64,000 bases of DNA from Octopus vulgaris (taxonomy: Eukaryota), in the NCBI GenBank assembly GCA_951406725.2, contig OX597827.1:18724001-18788000 (forward strand), in the 5' to 3' direction. Positions 1 to 12,607 of the stretch are shown here, one piece after another. Made by a program: the position numbers and the translations under genes. The notes under the pieces were generated by a model. It worked only from the letters and a program-made list of their open reading frames with translations. It was not told the origin of the DNA and did not search any database. The first letter of the stretch is position 1. Each line of letters starts with the position of its first letter.

Positions 1-245
1 CTTTCTTTTGTCTTTTTATTCTTATATTTTTCTTCTTCACTTATTTTTCATACTTTGCTCTTTTTTTTCTCTCTCTTCATAGTTATTCTATCCTTTCTTT
101 CATTTTATATTTCTTTCTCTCAGGAGCTTTCTTTCTTTCTTTCTTTCTTTCGTTCTTTCTTTCTCTCTGTCTTTCACATATCCATTAATATATTTATTTG
201 GTTGTTTCTTTGTTTCTTTCAGCCGTCTCTGTTAGGCTTCTGTTC

Positions 246-538
246 ATGCATACATACATACATACATACATACATACATACATACATACATACATGCATA
301 CATACATACACACATACATGCATACATACATACATGCATGCATGCATGCATGCATACATACATATATACATACATACATACATACATGCATGCATGCATA
401 CATACATACACACATACATGCATACAAACATACATACATACATACATACATGCATACATACATACATACATACACACATACATACATACATACATACATA
501 CATGCATACATACATACATACATACATACACACATACA

Positions 539-572
<34 letters not shown>

Positions 573-752
573 CATACATACATACATACATACATACATA
601 CATACATACACACATACATACATACATACATACATACGTACATACATACATACATACATACATGCATACATGCATACATGCATACATACATACATGCATA
701 CATACGTACATACGTACATACGTACATACATACATACATACATGCATACATG

Positions 753-784
<32 letters not shown>

Positions 785-1172
785 CATACGCACATGCATA
801 CATACATACATACATACATGCATAGATACATACATACATACGTGCATGCATGCATGCATACATACATACATACATACATGCATGCATACATGCATACATG
901 CATGCATGCATACATACATACATACATACATACACACACACATACATACATACATACATACATATATACATACATGCATATATGCATACATACATACATA
1001 CATGCATACACACATACATACATACATACATACATACATACATACATACATACATGCATGTATACATGCATACATGCATACATGCATACATGCATACATA
1101 CATGCATGCATGCATATATAGATACATATATAAAATATGTATGTATATATATATATATACACAGACACACAC
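246..1172. repeat. Compound (TACA)n/(TGCA)n microsatellite
   Basis: About 900 bp of CATA units with CATG/CGTA variants; explains all HTYI/MYVC ORFs here. Confidence 0.97.
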
Positions 1173-1649
1173 AACTATAAATTCTTCAAAGTGGTGCCCC
1201 AGCAAGGCCGCTGTTTAATGACTGAAACAAGACAAAGAAAATAAAGATACGCAAAGACACACGTACACACACACACACACACACGCACACACAAACACAT
1301 GCGTACACGCACGCGCGTATACTCGGATTTATTCTTTCTCTTTCTCCATTTTGGCATTGTTTTCTGTTTTGATTTTCGATAACACAAATGGCTATGATGC
1401 TCTAAACTGGATCCGTCACTAGCCTTATTTAACAGCCACACCCGCTGACCCCGGGACAGGGTGTGGGGCAGTGGCTTTTATCTGAGTTCACTTCATTATT
1501 GTTTGCATTCATGTCAAAGAAGGATCAGAGCTTCTGATTACAAAAGAAGAACTCGATGTCGGCATAGATCGCTGCCTACAGTAATACATCTCACCCTTGC
1601 GAACCGATGACGGAGCCTCTTTGTGGTCATTTCTCCCAGAAATGACTTG

Positions 1650-1965
1650 TACTCCGTCGGTTACGAAGGGGAGCGTTCCAGTTAATCCGATCGCCGGAAC
1701 AACCTGCTCGCAAAATTAACGTCTAAGTGGCTGATTACTGCACAAACACGTGTACCCTTAACGTAGTTCTTAGCACGATTCAGCGTGACACAGAATGTGA
1801 CGAGGCTGGCCCTTTGAAATACTGATACAACTCATTCTTGCCAGTTGAGAAGACTGGAACAACGTGAAATAAAGTGTCTTGCTCAAGGACACAACGCCCT
1901 GTCGTGAATCGAACTCACGGCCTTACGATCTGGAGCTGAATACTCTAACCGCTTAGCCACGCGCT
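1650..1965 (-). mobile_element. SINE family C (tRNA head, conserved core, Ceph-like domain)
   Basis: Reverse strand starts GCGTGGCTAAGCGGTTAGAG...GAGTTCGATTC (A/B boxes); body shared with 30948-31180 and 39295-39470. Confidence 0.8.
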
Positions 1966-2370
1966 TTTAACCACTTACTGGAAATAATTCCCGAATCTCT
2001 TTCAGATCATATACTACCCAGTGGGGTAGCTAGATTGTATGCCGACTGGGGGAGCCCCCGGGTTTGGTTCTCCCCACCCCCAAGATGTACAGATTTAGAC
2101 AGCAGACTCCAAAGCGTCGTCGCAGTGCTTCTGATACTATCGTCTTAAAGAAAAATTAAGAAAGAACTCGTTAGATAATGTAATCCGGCATACAACTAAA
2201 AAAGACGTGATGGTCACGACTGGAGTTCCTTTGGTCATAGGTCTGCTTGATCAGAGTTGACCTGGGGCTAAACAACAACAACAACAAAGCAAGCACACTT
2301 TGAGTGTTGGTTTCCTCTTCTCTTACCACTCCTCCCACCAACCACAGTATTGGATTACCAACAAGAATAC

Positions 2371-2599
2371 CTGTTTCTTTACTACCCACAAGGGGCTAAA
2401 CACAGAGGGGACAAACAAGGACAGACAGACGGATTAAGTCGATTACATCGACCCCAGTGCGTAACTTGTACTTAATTTATCGACTCCGAAAGGATGAAAG
2501 GCAAAGTCGACCTCGACGGAATTTGAACTCACAACGTAACGCAGACGAAATACCGCTAAGCATTTCGCCCGGCGTGCTAACGATTCTGCCAGCTCGCCA
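2371..2599 (-). mobile_element. SINE family B (GGCGGCGAGCTGGCAGAA head)
   Basis: B box GAGTTCAAATTCC, core GCCTTTCATCCTTTCGGRGTCGATAAATTAAGTAC; many near-identical copies in window. Confidence 0.9.
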
Positions 2600-2686
2600 C
2601 CAAGAATATCATTGAGTGCCGCCCTTTCTGCTCTCAGACAACGAAAGTTGTTGAAGCAAGGCGGTTGATAAGATAAGGTATTTATA

Positions 2687-3050
2687 GGCGCAGGTGTGGC
2701 TGTGTGGTAAGAAGCTTGCTTCCCAACCACATGGGCAGGTGTCTTCTAGTCAAGCGTCTGGTCGACCAAAGCCTTGTGGATGGATTTGTTAGACGGAAAC
2801 TGAAAGAAGCCCGTCGTATACATACATATATGCGTATGTGTGTGTGTGTGTGTGTGTTTGTCCCCCTCACCGCTTGACAACCGGTGTTGGTATGTTTACG
2901 TCCTTGTAAATTAGTGGTCCGGCAAAAAGAGACGGATAGAATAAGTACAAGGCTTAAAAATATTTGTTCGACTAAAGCCCTTCAGGGTGGTGCTCCAGCA
3001 TGGCCGCAGTCAAATGACTGAAACAAGTAAAAGAATACAAGAATAAAAGA
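2687..3050 (+). mobile_element. SINE family A (GGCGCAGG..GTGGCTGTGTGGTAAG head), internally deleted
   Basis: Head, internal TA/TG microsatellite, GCTCCAGCATGGCC..AAACAAGTAAAAGA tail. Confidence 0.88.
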
Positions 3051-3625
3051 ATTATATTGCGCTTAGACGCAGCGTGGTCGAATGGGTAAGAAGTTCTTGT
3101 GGCAATGAAGAGATCCTGATTTCGATCCACTACATAACAACTGTTTTCAGGTGGAAACTATGTTGAAACCTGCCGGATAAACTGTAGCAGCAATTCAAAT
3201 TCTAGTTTTGCCGTACATTGTGACACGCTGATCCGGTCTCAGAATTTAATTACATATTATGGGTTGCACGTGTCAGTCGAATTCTTGTTTCTATACAATA
3301 ATTCAATGAACAGAATGCTCGCCGTCGATATCGACGGATGACCGTTTACATAGGTCATTATTTCATATCTAATTCTGGTACTTCGTTGTATTGGAGAGGT
3401 AATTTTTTTTTTAACATTACCACCGTTCGCCTAATGTTACGAAGGGATAGTTATAAAAGCATAAAACCAATGTCTAGAGATGAATCTACTTGGTCAGTCT
3501 TTTCTTCCGTAGATCATAGACTACGCATCAGATGACCTATCTTTGGTAAGGATTAGGACTCGGATCATTTACTAGTTTTTAGTAATTCCACTGCGACCAT
3601 TCTGGGGCATTGTATTCAAATGTGG

Positions 3626-3860
3626 AAACGCGTGGCTTAGTGGTTAGGGTGTTGGATTCATGATCATAAGATTGGGGTTTCGATTCCTGGACTGGGCAAC
3701 GCGTTGCGCTCTTGAGCAAAACACTTCATTTCACGTTGCTCCAGTCCACTCAGCTAGCAAAAATGAGTAAACCTGCGACGGACCGGCGTCCCGTCCTGGT
3801 GGACAATATATACGCCATGGAAACCGGGAAACCAGCCCCTTATGGGTCGGTATGACTCGA
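3626..3860 (+). mobile_element. SINE family C variant
   Basis: TGGCTTAGTGG A box, GTTTCGATTCC B box; similar copy at 54800-55000. Confidence 0.8.
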
Positions 3861-4076
3861 GATGCGTGTGTGTGCGTTTGCGCTCCACCACTGCTTGGCA
3901 ACCGGTGTTGGTGTGTTTATGTCCTCGTATATTAGCGGCTCGGCAAAAGAGACGATACCAGGCTTTAAAAAAATAAGTACTGAGGTTGATTCGTTCGACT
4001 AAAGTTCTTCAAGGCAGTGCTCCAGCATGGCTGCTGTCTACTGACTGAACAAAGTAAAAGATAAAAGATCAAAAAA

Positions 4077-4864
4077 ATGTTCGCATACATTCGGACATGG
4101 AAAGACATGCGCTGCCGAAAGTGTCTCGAGAGAAAAATCCTCGGATCTTTTCGGTTTGAACGGCAGTTTTTTCTAGCGGTGTCATATGAAATTGTCACCC
4201 ATAATTATGACCCTAGTATCGATCTATTGCATTTCAATCTGTTTTAGGGTTAGGGTTAGTTAGGGTTAGGGATGGGGGGAAGGGTATCTTTTTTTCTTCA
4301 CAGATGTAAATAAACCCAATCTGTTTCTTAAACGAGGGACATTCATACGGCACAGAATGTTTTTTTTACCTCAATAGACGTCAGTAATTGGTTGAAATTG
4401 CAGAAATTGAAGAAGAAAAACAACAAATATCTTAAAAACTATAGAATTTTCTCAATACAGCCAAGAGAAAAAGATATTTTATAAACACATTCTACCAGTA
4501 TACGAAGTTAAAAATTTTTTAGTTACCTAGAAATTATGTTAAAAACTGCCGTTCAAACCGAAAAGATCCAAATCCTCCTTATAAACAATGTCTGAAAACA
4601 CTCCTGAACAATGAATGACGTCATCGGATCGTAGGACACAGGTAATTCAGCGTCGTTGCATGTCGTCAGCCACAGATATTTAGTCATTCTTCAAAGCCGC
4701 TAACAACAGCTTGTTCTTATAGTAGAGCAGTAAACAGACCGATGACGTCATTTGTAGCCCAATGCTATCTTTTCACACATATTGTCTATATGGAAAAATT
4801 TTTCTCTCGAGACAGCTTATGTAGCGTATCTCTTTCTATGTTCGGCTGTACACGAACATGTTAA
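4077..4864. mobile_element. Old MITE with long degenerate TIRs, host of a nested MITE
   Basis: TGTTCG..TGTCTCGAGAGAAAAAT at left is inverted to ATTTTTCTCTCGAGACA..CGAACA at right. Confidence 0.6.
4143..4569. mobile_element. Merlin-like MITE carrying TTAGGG repeats
   Basis: TIR GGATCTTTTCGGTTTGAACGGCAGTTTTT; perfect 8-bp TSD AAATCCTC; superfamily inferred from GG..CC ends and 8-bp TSD. Confidence 0.88.
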
Positions 4865-5148
4865 ATATGTATGTGCACACCTATAGTTTATTCGACACCA
4901 TCAGTTATATTCGTTTGCCATCAGTTATATAATTCCAGCGTGACTAAGCTTTGCGCACAAAAGCCAATGTACCATTAGCTGTTCTAATATAAAAAAAAAA
5001 CTTGGTATAGTAGCTATGAAAGAACGACACAGAATCCGTAGCTGATGACGCGCAACGACGCAGAAACGTAGGCGTCCTTTGATCCAGGGACGTAACTCGT
5101 AATCTAATGGTATGTTTTCCTTACATTATCTATAAAGAGAAATTTTTT

Positions 5149-5368
5149 CTTTTACTCTTTACTCTTTTACTTGTTTCAGTCATTTGACTGTGGCCATGCT
5201 GGAGCACCGCCTTTAGTCGAGCAAATCGACCCCAGGACTTATTCTTTGTGGGCCTAGTACTTATTCTATCGGTCTCTTTTGCCGAACTGCTAAGTTACGG
5301 GGACGTAAACACACCAGCATCGGTTGTCAAGCGATGTTGGGGAGACAAACACAGACACACGCACACAC

Positions 5369-5441
<73 letters not shown>

Positions 5442-5597
5442 TACGACAGGCTTCTTTCAGTTTCCGTCTGCCAAATCCACTCACTAGGCTTTGGTCGGCC
5501 CGAGGCTATAGCAGAAGGCACTTGCCCAAGGTGCCACGCAGTGGGACTGAACCCGGAACCATGTGGTTCGTAAGCAAGCTACTTACCACACAGCCAC
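5149..5597 (-). mobile_element. SINE family A
   Basis: Near full-length reverse copy with (AGTAAAAG)n tail. Confidence 0.92.
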
Positions 5598-6087
5598 GGG
5601 ACAATTTCTGCAGCGTATGTCTTTCCTTGTCCGAATATACACAAACTTGATAAATATGATTGAAAAATACCTTTAATACAATCAACTGACCTATTTCTGA
5701 ATATTGACAGACAAGAAAACAACTGCAAGAACAAAAGTCAGGTATCAATAAATAAATAAATAAATAAATAAATATGAAAGAAAGAAAGAAAGGGAATTAT
5801 ACGTATTCACGAGAAAAAGGAACGTTCTCTTTATTGATGGAAGGTTTCAAATCATTTTGAACTGGAGATGTCTTCTTAAAATAGAAATTTCGCTTTTAAA
5901 ATAGAAATTGAAAATAAGAAAAAGAAGGTTCTGTGTGGTAAGAAGTTTGCTTTCCAACCACATGGTTTCGGTTTCCGTCCACTGATTGGGCATCTTCTTA
6001 TATAGCCGCGGGCCAACAAAAGCCGTTATGAGTGGATTTGGTAGACGGAAACTGAAAGAAGCCTGTCGTGTGAGACCGTGTGTGTAC

Positions 6088-6401
<314 letters not shown>

Positions 6402-6937
6402 TGTATGTATGTATGTATGTATGTATGTATGTATGTATGTATGTATGTATGTATGTATGTATGTATGTATGTATGTATGTGTGCGTGTGTGTGTGTGTGA
6501 TCACCGCATGACAATTGGTGTTGGTGTGTTTAACATAGCGGCCGGCAAAAGAAACCGACAGAATAAGTACCAATCTTAAAAAAAAAATATATAAGTACTA
6601 GGTTTGAATCATTCGACTTAAAGTTCTTCATAGCAGTACTCCAGCATGGTCGCAATCAGATGACTGAAAGAATGTAAAGAATAAAAGACTGAAGCTCAAT
6701 TAATAATCCATTTAAGCGCAAGGTTTGAAATTTGTTGTAAGGGGACTTAGTCGATTAGATTAACCTCGGTGCGTGACTCGTTCTATTCTTATTTTATCGA
6801 CGCCGGTGAATGAAATGACAAGTCGACATCGGCGGAATTTGAACTCCGAATGTAAAGCCAGGAGGAAAGCTATTAAGTGTTTTGTTCGGCGCGGTTATGT
6901 TCCTACCTTCTCGCTGCCTTAGAAACTATTTTTATCA

Positions 6938-7778
6938 TACAGTAATCCCTCGATATTTCGCGGTTCATCTATCTTTTTCTACTCTAGGAACAAGGCTCGA
7001 AATTTTGGCGGGAGTGGGGGGGGGGCAGTCGATTAGATCGACCCCAGTGCGTAACTGGTACTTAATTTATCGACCCGGAAAGGATGACAGGCAAAGTCGA
7101 CCTCGGCGGAATTTGAACTCAGAACGTAAAGACAGACGAAATACTTATTTCTTTACTACCCACAGGGGGCTAAACACAGAGAGGACAAACAAGGACAGGC
7201 AAACGGATTAAGTCGATGACATCGAGCACAGTGCGTAACTGGTACTTATTTAATCGACCCCGAAAGGATGAAAGGCGCAAAGTCGACCTCGGTGGAACGT
7301 AACAGCAGACGAAATACCTATTTCTTTATTACCCACAAGGGGCTAAACACAGAGGAGAAAAACGAGGACAGGCAAACGGATTAAGTCGATTATATCGTCC
7401 CAAGTGCGCAACTAGTACTTATTTAATTGACCCCGAAAGGATGAAAGGCAAAGTCGAACTCGGCGGAATTTGAACTCAGAACGTAACAGCAGACGAAATA
7501 CCGCTAAGCATTTCGCCTGGCGTGCTAACGTGTCTGCCAGCTCGCCGCCTCATCGCGGTTCAGCTATCGCGGTTCAGCTATCTCGGTTTACTATTTAAGC
7601 TTACGTCGATTCCTCCGTGGTGTTGTTTTGCATTTATAATAAAATAAATATATGCAAATTATAAAAATAATTTTTTAAAAATATATACAGTATAGTACTG
7701 TTTCTACTTCGGGGATTTTCACTATCGCCGGGGGTGGGGGTGGAACGTAACACCCGCGATAGTCGAGGGATTACTGTA
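6938..7778. mobile_element. pogo/Tigger-like MITE with nested SINE B oligomer
   Basis: TA-CAGTAATCCCTCGA ... TCGAGGGATTACTG-TA terminal inverted repeats. Confidence 0.82.
6968..7550 (-). mobile_element. SINE family B tandem trimer
   Basis: Three consecutive cores joined at GAAATAC/TATTTC junctions. Confidence 0.9.
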
Positions 7779-7885
7779 CTCCGGTGTGGCCTTTGTTGTG
7801 ATGGCTAAAATAAAAAGAAGAAAGGAGGGAAGAAATATGGTGAAGATTTCTGACCGAAATGATACAATTCCTTGTCTCCTTAGGG

Positions 7886-7944
<59 letters not shown>

Positions 7945-8586
7945 ACACTCACACACACGCACACGCACACGCACACGCACGCACACCACGCAAAATAACT
8001 TATTTTGTTAACTTTATTGCACAACAAAGGATGAGTGTCGCCCGCCATATAATATTTCTAAACTATCTCCCATACTCTGCTGTTTTATTGAAACAATACG
8101 TCACGTGTGTAAACCACAACAACAAATCAGATACAAAACAATGTAAAATGATAAAAAAATAATTGTTTTAAATGATTAAAAAAACAACATACTAAATGAA
8201 AGAGGAAACGAACTAATATCAAACAACGACGATGCCGCCTGTTCTTTGATACATCCCACCACCACCCAACGAATAATAGTAATTCTTCAAAAGGATACCA
8301 GATTAAGTTAATCAAATCAGCATTTGAAACTTCATTAAATCTTGCAATTATTTCATTATGTAATAACTATATGACAACAACAACAACAGCAATAACAGCA
8401 ACTATAATATTATCAGCCACAGGCGCAGACATGGCTGTCAGGCTGAGAAGCTTGTATTCCAAACACGTGGTTTCGTGTCCAGTCCAGTCCTTCTGCGCGG
8501 TACATAGGAAAAGAGTCTTCTGCTATAGCTCCTGAACAACCGATGCCTTGCGAGCAGATTAGGTGGACGGAAGCTGTCGCTTGAGC

Positions 8587-9002
8587 ATACATACATACAT
8601 ACATACATGATAGCTGCCCTCTCGTTATCGAGTATGGCCATTGCACGAAGCTTAATTACTATAGGTGCTGTGATCGAATGTGACTTTTATTTGCTTTTTA
8701 AGGCTACAGCCAGCTACTCAGTTGAGACTCACAGCACTATCAACAATCATGAGCAATGTTGCTATCGTGCAATGCCTGTGCATGAAGACTTTTTTAAAGT
8801 GAGGAAAGGCTGTGCACGGAGTCAATCCCACTCACTAAGCAACAGCAGCCATAGTCCGAAAAGAAAAACAAGTCAACATCATCGGTAACCACTGAGCCGC
8901 AGCTTTTATGTCGGAGTTATCCCATTTACCTGAGTTACCTTCTCCTAGAAAGATGCCCTAACAAAGGCTAGGAGTCCTTCACTCCTAATGGTTTAACCGC
9001 GC
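8587..9002 (-). mobile_element. Short LINE-derived (RTE-like ends) element with (TATG)n tail, 5'-truncated
   Basis: Reverse-complement homolog of 38570-38860. Confidence 0.7.
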
Positions 9003-9115
9003 AGGCTCGAAACGTAAAAGACTTTCTCACTTCCTGAGCGTTAAACTAATATATCTGTTTGTTGTTTACACACCCGTCTTCGTCTTTTGTATTTTTTTTT
9101 TGCAAATTCTCACTA
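9003..9115 (+). mobile_element. Truncated pLTR-like element (family of 26000, 30040, 41770)
   Basis: GGCTCGAAACGTAAAAGAC (3' half of hammerhead motif) plus shared downstream sequence. Confidence 0.65.
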
Positions 9116-9223
9116 CATGCATACATACATACATACATACTTAAAGCAAAACATACAAATCTGTACACATACATACATACATACATACATACATACATAC
9201 ATACATACATACATACATACATA

Positions 9224-9555
9224 CCACAAGAGAACTGATATAATGATTTTGGATAGAGAAGAGAAACTGTGCACAGTTGTGGAAATTAGCTGCCCAACGG
9301 ATGCTAACATAAAGCTGAAGGTCAATGTAAAAGAGAACACCTATGCTGAACTACTGAGAAATCTACAGTTACGAAATCCAGATTACAAGTTCAGGTTTAT
9401 ACCTGTAACTATTAGGGCCCTGGGATATGTAACACACCGCCTAAATACCAATCTTGAGAAACTAGGCTTCTCAAAATTCGAGGACTATAGATCCAATCCA
9501 TCACTGGAACTGTAAAAAGTCTGTAAAGCTTTCCAAAAGTTTATCATTTAAATAT
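9224..9555 (+). pseudogene. 3' fragment of an RLE-type non-LTR retrotransposon (restriction-like endonuclease)
   Basis: RTDIMILDREEKLCTVVEISCP...KENTY...IPVTIRALG resembles the PD-(D/E) RLE domain; abuts (TACA)n. Confidence 0.75.
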
Positions 9556-9559
9556 ATAT

Positions 9560-10905
9560 GAGGAAATGACAAGTGAATGGTCAGCTCGAAAATGGTTCAA
9601 ACGATTTCGTAGGGGAGACCTGAGCCTTGAAGATCGTGAGCGTAGTGGACGCTCATCTGTCATCGATGACGGTCAATTAAAGACAGTCATTGAGAAAGAT
9701 CTGTGTAAAACCACTCGTGAAATGGTAAAAGAACTCCAAGTTAGCCAGAAAACCTCTGCAACCATTTGCTTGCGGCCGGAAAAAAACTGCTCGACAAATG
9801 GGTAACACACGATTTGAATGAAAATCAGAAAATCAGAAAATGCGCAGATATTTGCTCGTCGTTTCTCCGTCTAGACCGATCAATTTCTCGACCGTATTTT
9901 AACTTGCGATGAAAAGTGGATTCTGTACAATAATAAAAAAAAACGTCCTTCGTAATGGTTGGACCAAAATGAAGCACCGAAAACCTTCCCTAAACCCAAC
10001 CTCTTCAAAAAGAAGGCTATGGTGAATGTCTGGTGGTGTACTGCTGGATTTCATCCCCTATAACTTCTGAAAACCAGGAAAAACCATTACTGCCGAAACA
10101 TATTGCCACGAAATTGCCAAAATAAACGAAAAACTGTTACTCCTCCGTCCCAGACTGGTCAACAGAAGAGGGCCAATCATTGTTCATAAGAATACTCCTC
10201 CACACGTTCTACTAATGGTGCTCCAGAAGTTGAGGAAACTTGGCTACGAAGTTCTTCCCCACCCAGCTTATTCCCCAGATCTGTGTCCTACCGGCTACCG
10301 CTTTTTCAAGCACCTTGATGGTTTCCTGCGAGTGAAGGATTTCACTAATCAAACCGATGCTGAAAGATCGTTCAAAGACTTCATCAGCTGCAGAACTCCA
10401 GATTTTTATGTTACCGGAATTAACAAACTTGTAACTCGTTGGCAAAAATGTGCTGATACTTACTTTGGAGGTAGGTGATTCTGCACCAGTGCAGAATCAC
10501 CTCCCTCCGACAAGTCATCCTAACGAGACGTCTGCGTTGGCTGGGTCATGCCCTGCGTCGTTAACCAGGAGAATTCGTCTACGAAGCAATTGTCCCAGCT
10601 CCTCTTCAAGGTTGGCGAAAGCGATGTGGTGGACAACGAAAAACCTGGCTGATGACTGTCAAGGCTGATCTGGATCCCAACCTAGGCCTCCATATCTATG
10701 GCGTTCACCGCTGGAATAAGGAGTTGTTGGAGATCACGCGGTCGTTAGCCTCAAATCGCCAGGCCTGGTCGGCGTTTGTGAGAGATATAGCATTGAGGAT
10801 GAATGAAACCAGCTCAACCCACCCCGGGTGAATGCTGTCAAGTCAGTCAGTCAGTACTTACTTTGATAAATAAAATGTCCACATTGTTGAAATATCTTAG
10901 CCTAA
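9560..10905 (+). mobile_element. Decayed mariner transposon, interrupted by an RTE fragment
   Basis: WFKRF..LEDRERSGR, ILTCDEKW, HPAYSPDLCP, GINKLVTRWQKC motifs with frameshifts; 3' remnant resumes after 10865. Confidence 0.9.
10468..10854 (+). mobile_element. 5'-truncated RTE-clade LINE
   Basis: Encodes RRLRWLGHALRR...GGQRKTW...NRQAW; (CAGT)n tail; 11-bp TSD TACTTACTTTG at 10457-10467 and 10855-10865. Confidence 0.85.
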
Positions 10906-11147
10906 TATATATGTATATATATATATACACACACACGATGGACTTCTTTCAGTTTTTGTCTACCATATTCACTCACAAGGCTTTAGTCATCCTAAGGCTA
11001 TAGGAAGAAGATACCTGCCCAAAATGTGACGGAGTGAGACTGAACCCAGAACCATGTGGTTGGGAAGCAAGCTTCTTACCACACAACCACACATATATAT
11101 ACACTCACATATGCACGTTTGTGTATGTATGTATGTATGTATGTATG

Positions 11148-11181
<34 letters not shown>

Positions 11182-11431
11182 TGTATGTATGTGCTGTTGT
11201 GTTTGTTCTCCAGTCGCTTGACAACCGGTGTTTACGTATTTGTAAGTTACACGAAGATACCTGCATAGAATCGCACATATGCACATGTATAAATGTATGC
11301 GTGCTTGTGTACGTTCTTCCTCACCACTTGGCAACCGGTGTTGGTCTGTTTACGCTCCCATCGTTTAGAAGTGCGGCAAAAAGAGAACTGGTAGATCAAG
11401 TACCAGCCTGAAAAAAGAAGAACAAAAAGGG

Positions 11432-11600
11432 ATCATCATGGTGTTAGGGTAGATGTTTTCAAGAAACATCTTGACCCCTTGCTATCCAAGATCCCAGATG
11501 AACCAATATCAAGGCAGGAAACTCAAAAAAGGGCAGCGGTATCGAACTCCCTCTTTTACCAAAAGCCAATCCCATAGAATTGGTCAATTAAAAGGTGATT
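11432..11600 (+). pseudogene. CR1-like LINE 3' fragment
   Basis: VDVFKKHLDPLLSKIPDEP translation resembles CR1-group ORF2 C-termini. Confidence 0.55.
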
Positions 11601-11777
11601 ATACTGGCAGTGACCCCAGCATGGCCACAGCCTCAGGACTGAAACATATAAAAGAATAAAAGTAATCGAGTCGATTTGTTTCGTCTTAACCATTTAAGCC
11701 GGTGCCCCAGCATGGCCGCAGTCCGATGACTAAAACAAGCAAAAGCTAAATTAAATAAGCAAACAAACAAATAGATA

Positions 11778-11959
11778 TGCGCAGGCGCGGCTGTGTGGTA
11801 TGAAGCTTACTTCCTAACCACATGGTTCCGGGTTCAATCCCACTGCATGGCACCTTGGGCAAGTGTTTTCTACTACAACCTCGGGCAGACCAAGACCATG
11901 GATTTGGTAGACGGAAACTGAAAGAAGCCCGTTCTATATCTCTCTTTCCATATATATAT

Positions 11960-11999
<40 letters not shown>

Positions 12000-12223
12000 T
12001 GTGTGTGCGTGCGTGTTTGTTCCCCAACGCCGCTTGACAATCAGTGTTGGTGTGTTTACGTCCCCGTAACCTAGCGGTCCGGCAAAAGGCGGGAGAGATT
12101 AAGTATTATGCTTTAAAAATATGTCCTGGGGGTCGATTCGTTCGACTAAAAGCCCTTCAAAGCGGTGTTCCAGCATGGCCGGAGTCAAATGGCTGAGAAC
12201 AAGTAAGAGAATAAATAAATAAA
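11778..12223 (+). mobile_element. SINE family A
   Basis: Head, GGTTCAATCC B box, internal (TG)n, tail. Confidence 0.9.
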
Positions 12224-12270
12224 AGCAACGACACATTGTCAAACACAACAACCTACACACACACGCACAC

Positions 12271-12324
<54 letters not shown>

Positions 12325-12607
12325 ACACGTTCGTATGAACGAACACAGGCACCGAAGAAAAACAGCCCGATAGAAATTTATTCAAAAAGCTCAGTTTAAA
12401 ATACATTATGGAAAGGATCCATTACTATCTAAATATTATTGTGAAAGCAATGCAAAACTGCTAACTTCTGTCATCTTCGTGTTTAAACGAAAGAATAACA
12501 GGAAACGGTTTATGCGAACGAATACAAATTTACAAAAACAAATATTTATAAAGCGAAACAACAAACAGTTTAGAGTAAGAAAAAATGTTGTTATATAGTT
12601 TAGTAGA

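Noticed and set aside
55-1218. Long ORFs in all six frames (HTYI/MYVC)
   Set aside because: Stop-free translation of (TACA)n; the same applies at 22.5, 28, 46, 60 and 62 kb
4243-4272. Telomere or chromosome-fusion remnant
   Set aside because: The TTAGGG units are internal to a dispersed MITE
5324-5650. Recurring [21 protein letters not shown] peptide in many ORFs
   Set aside because: Antisense translation of SINE A, not a protein family
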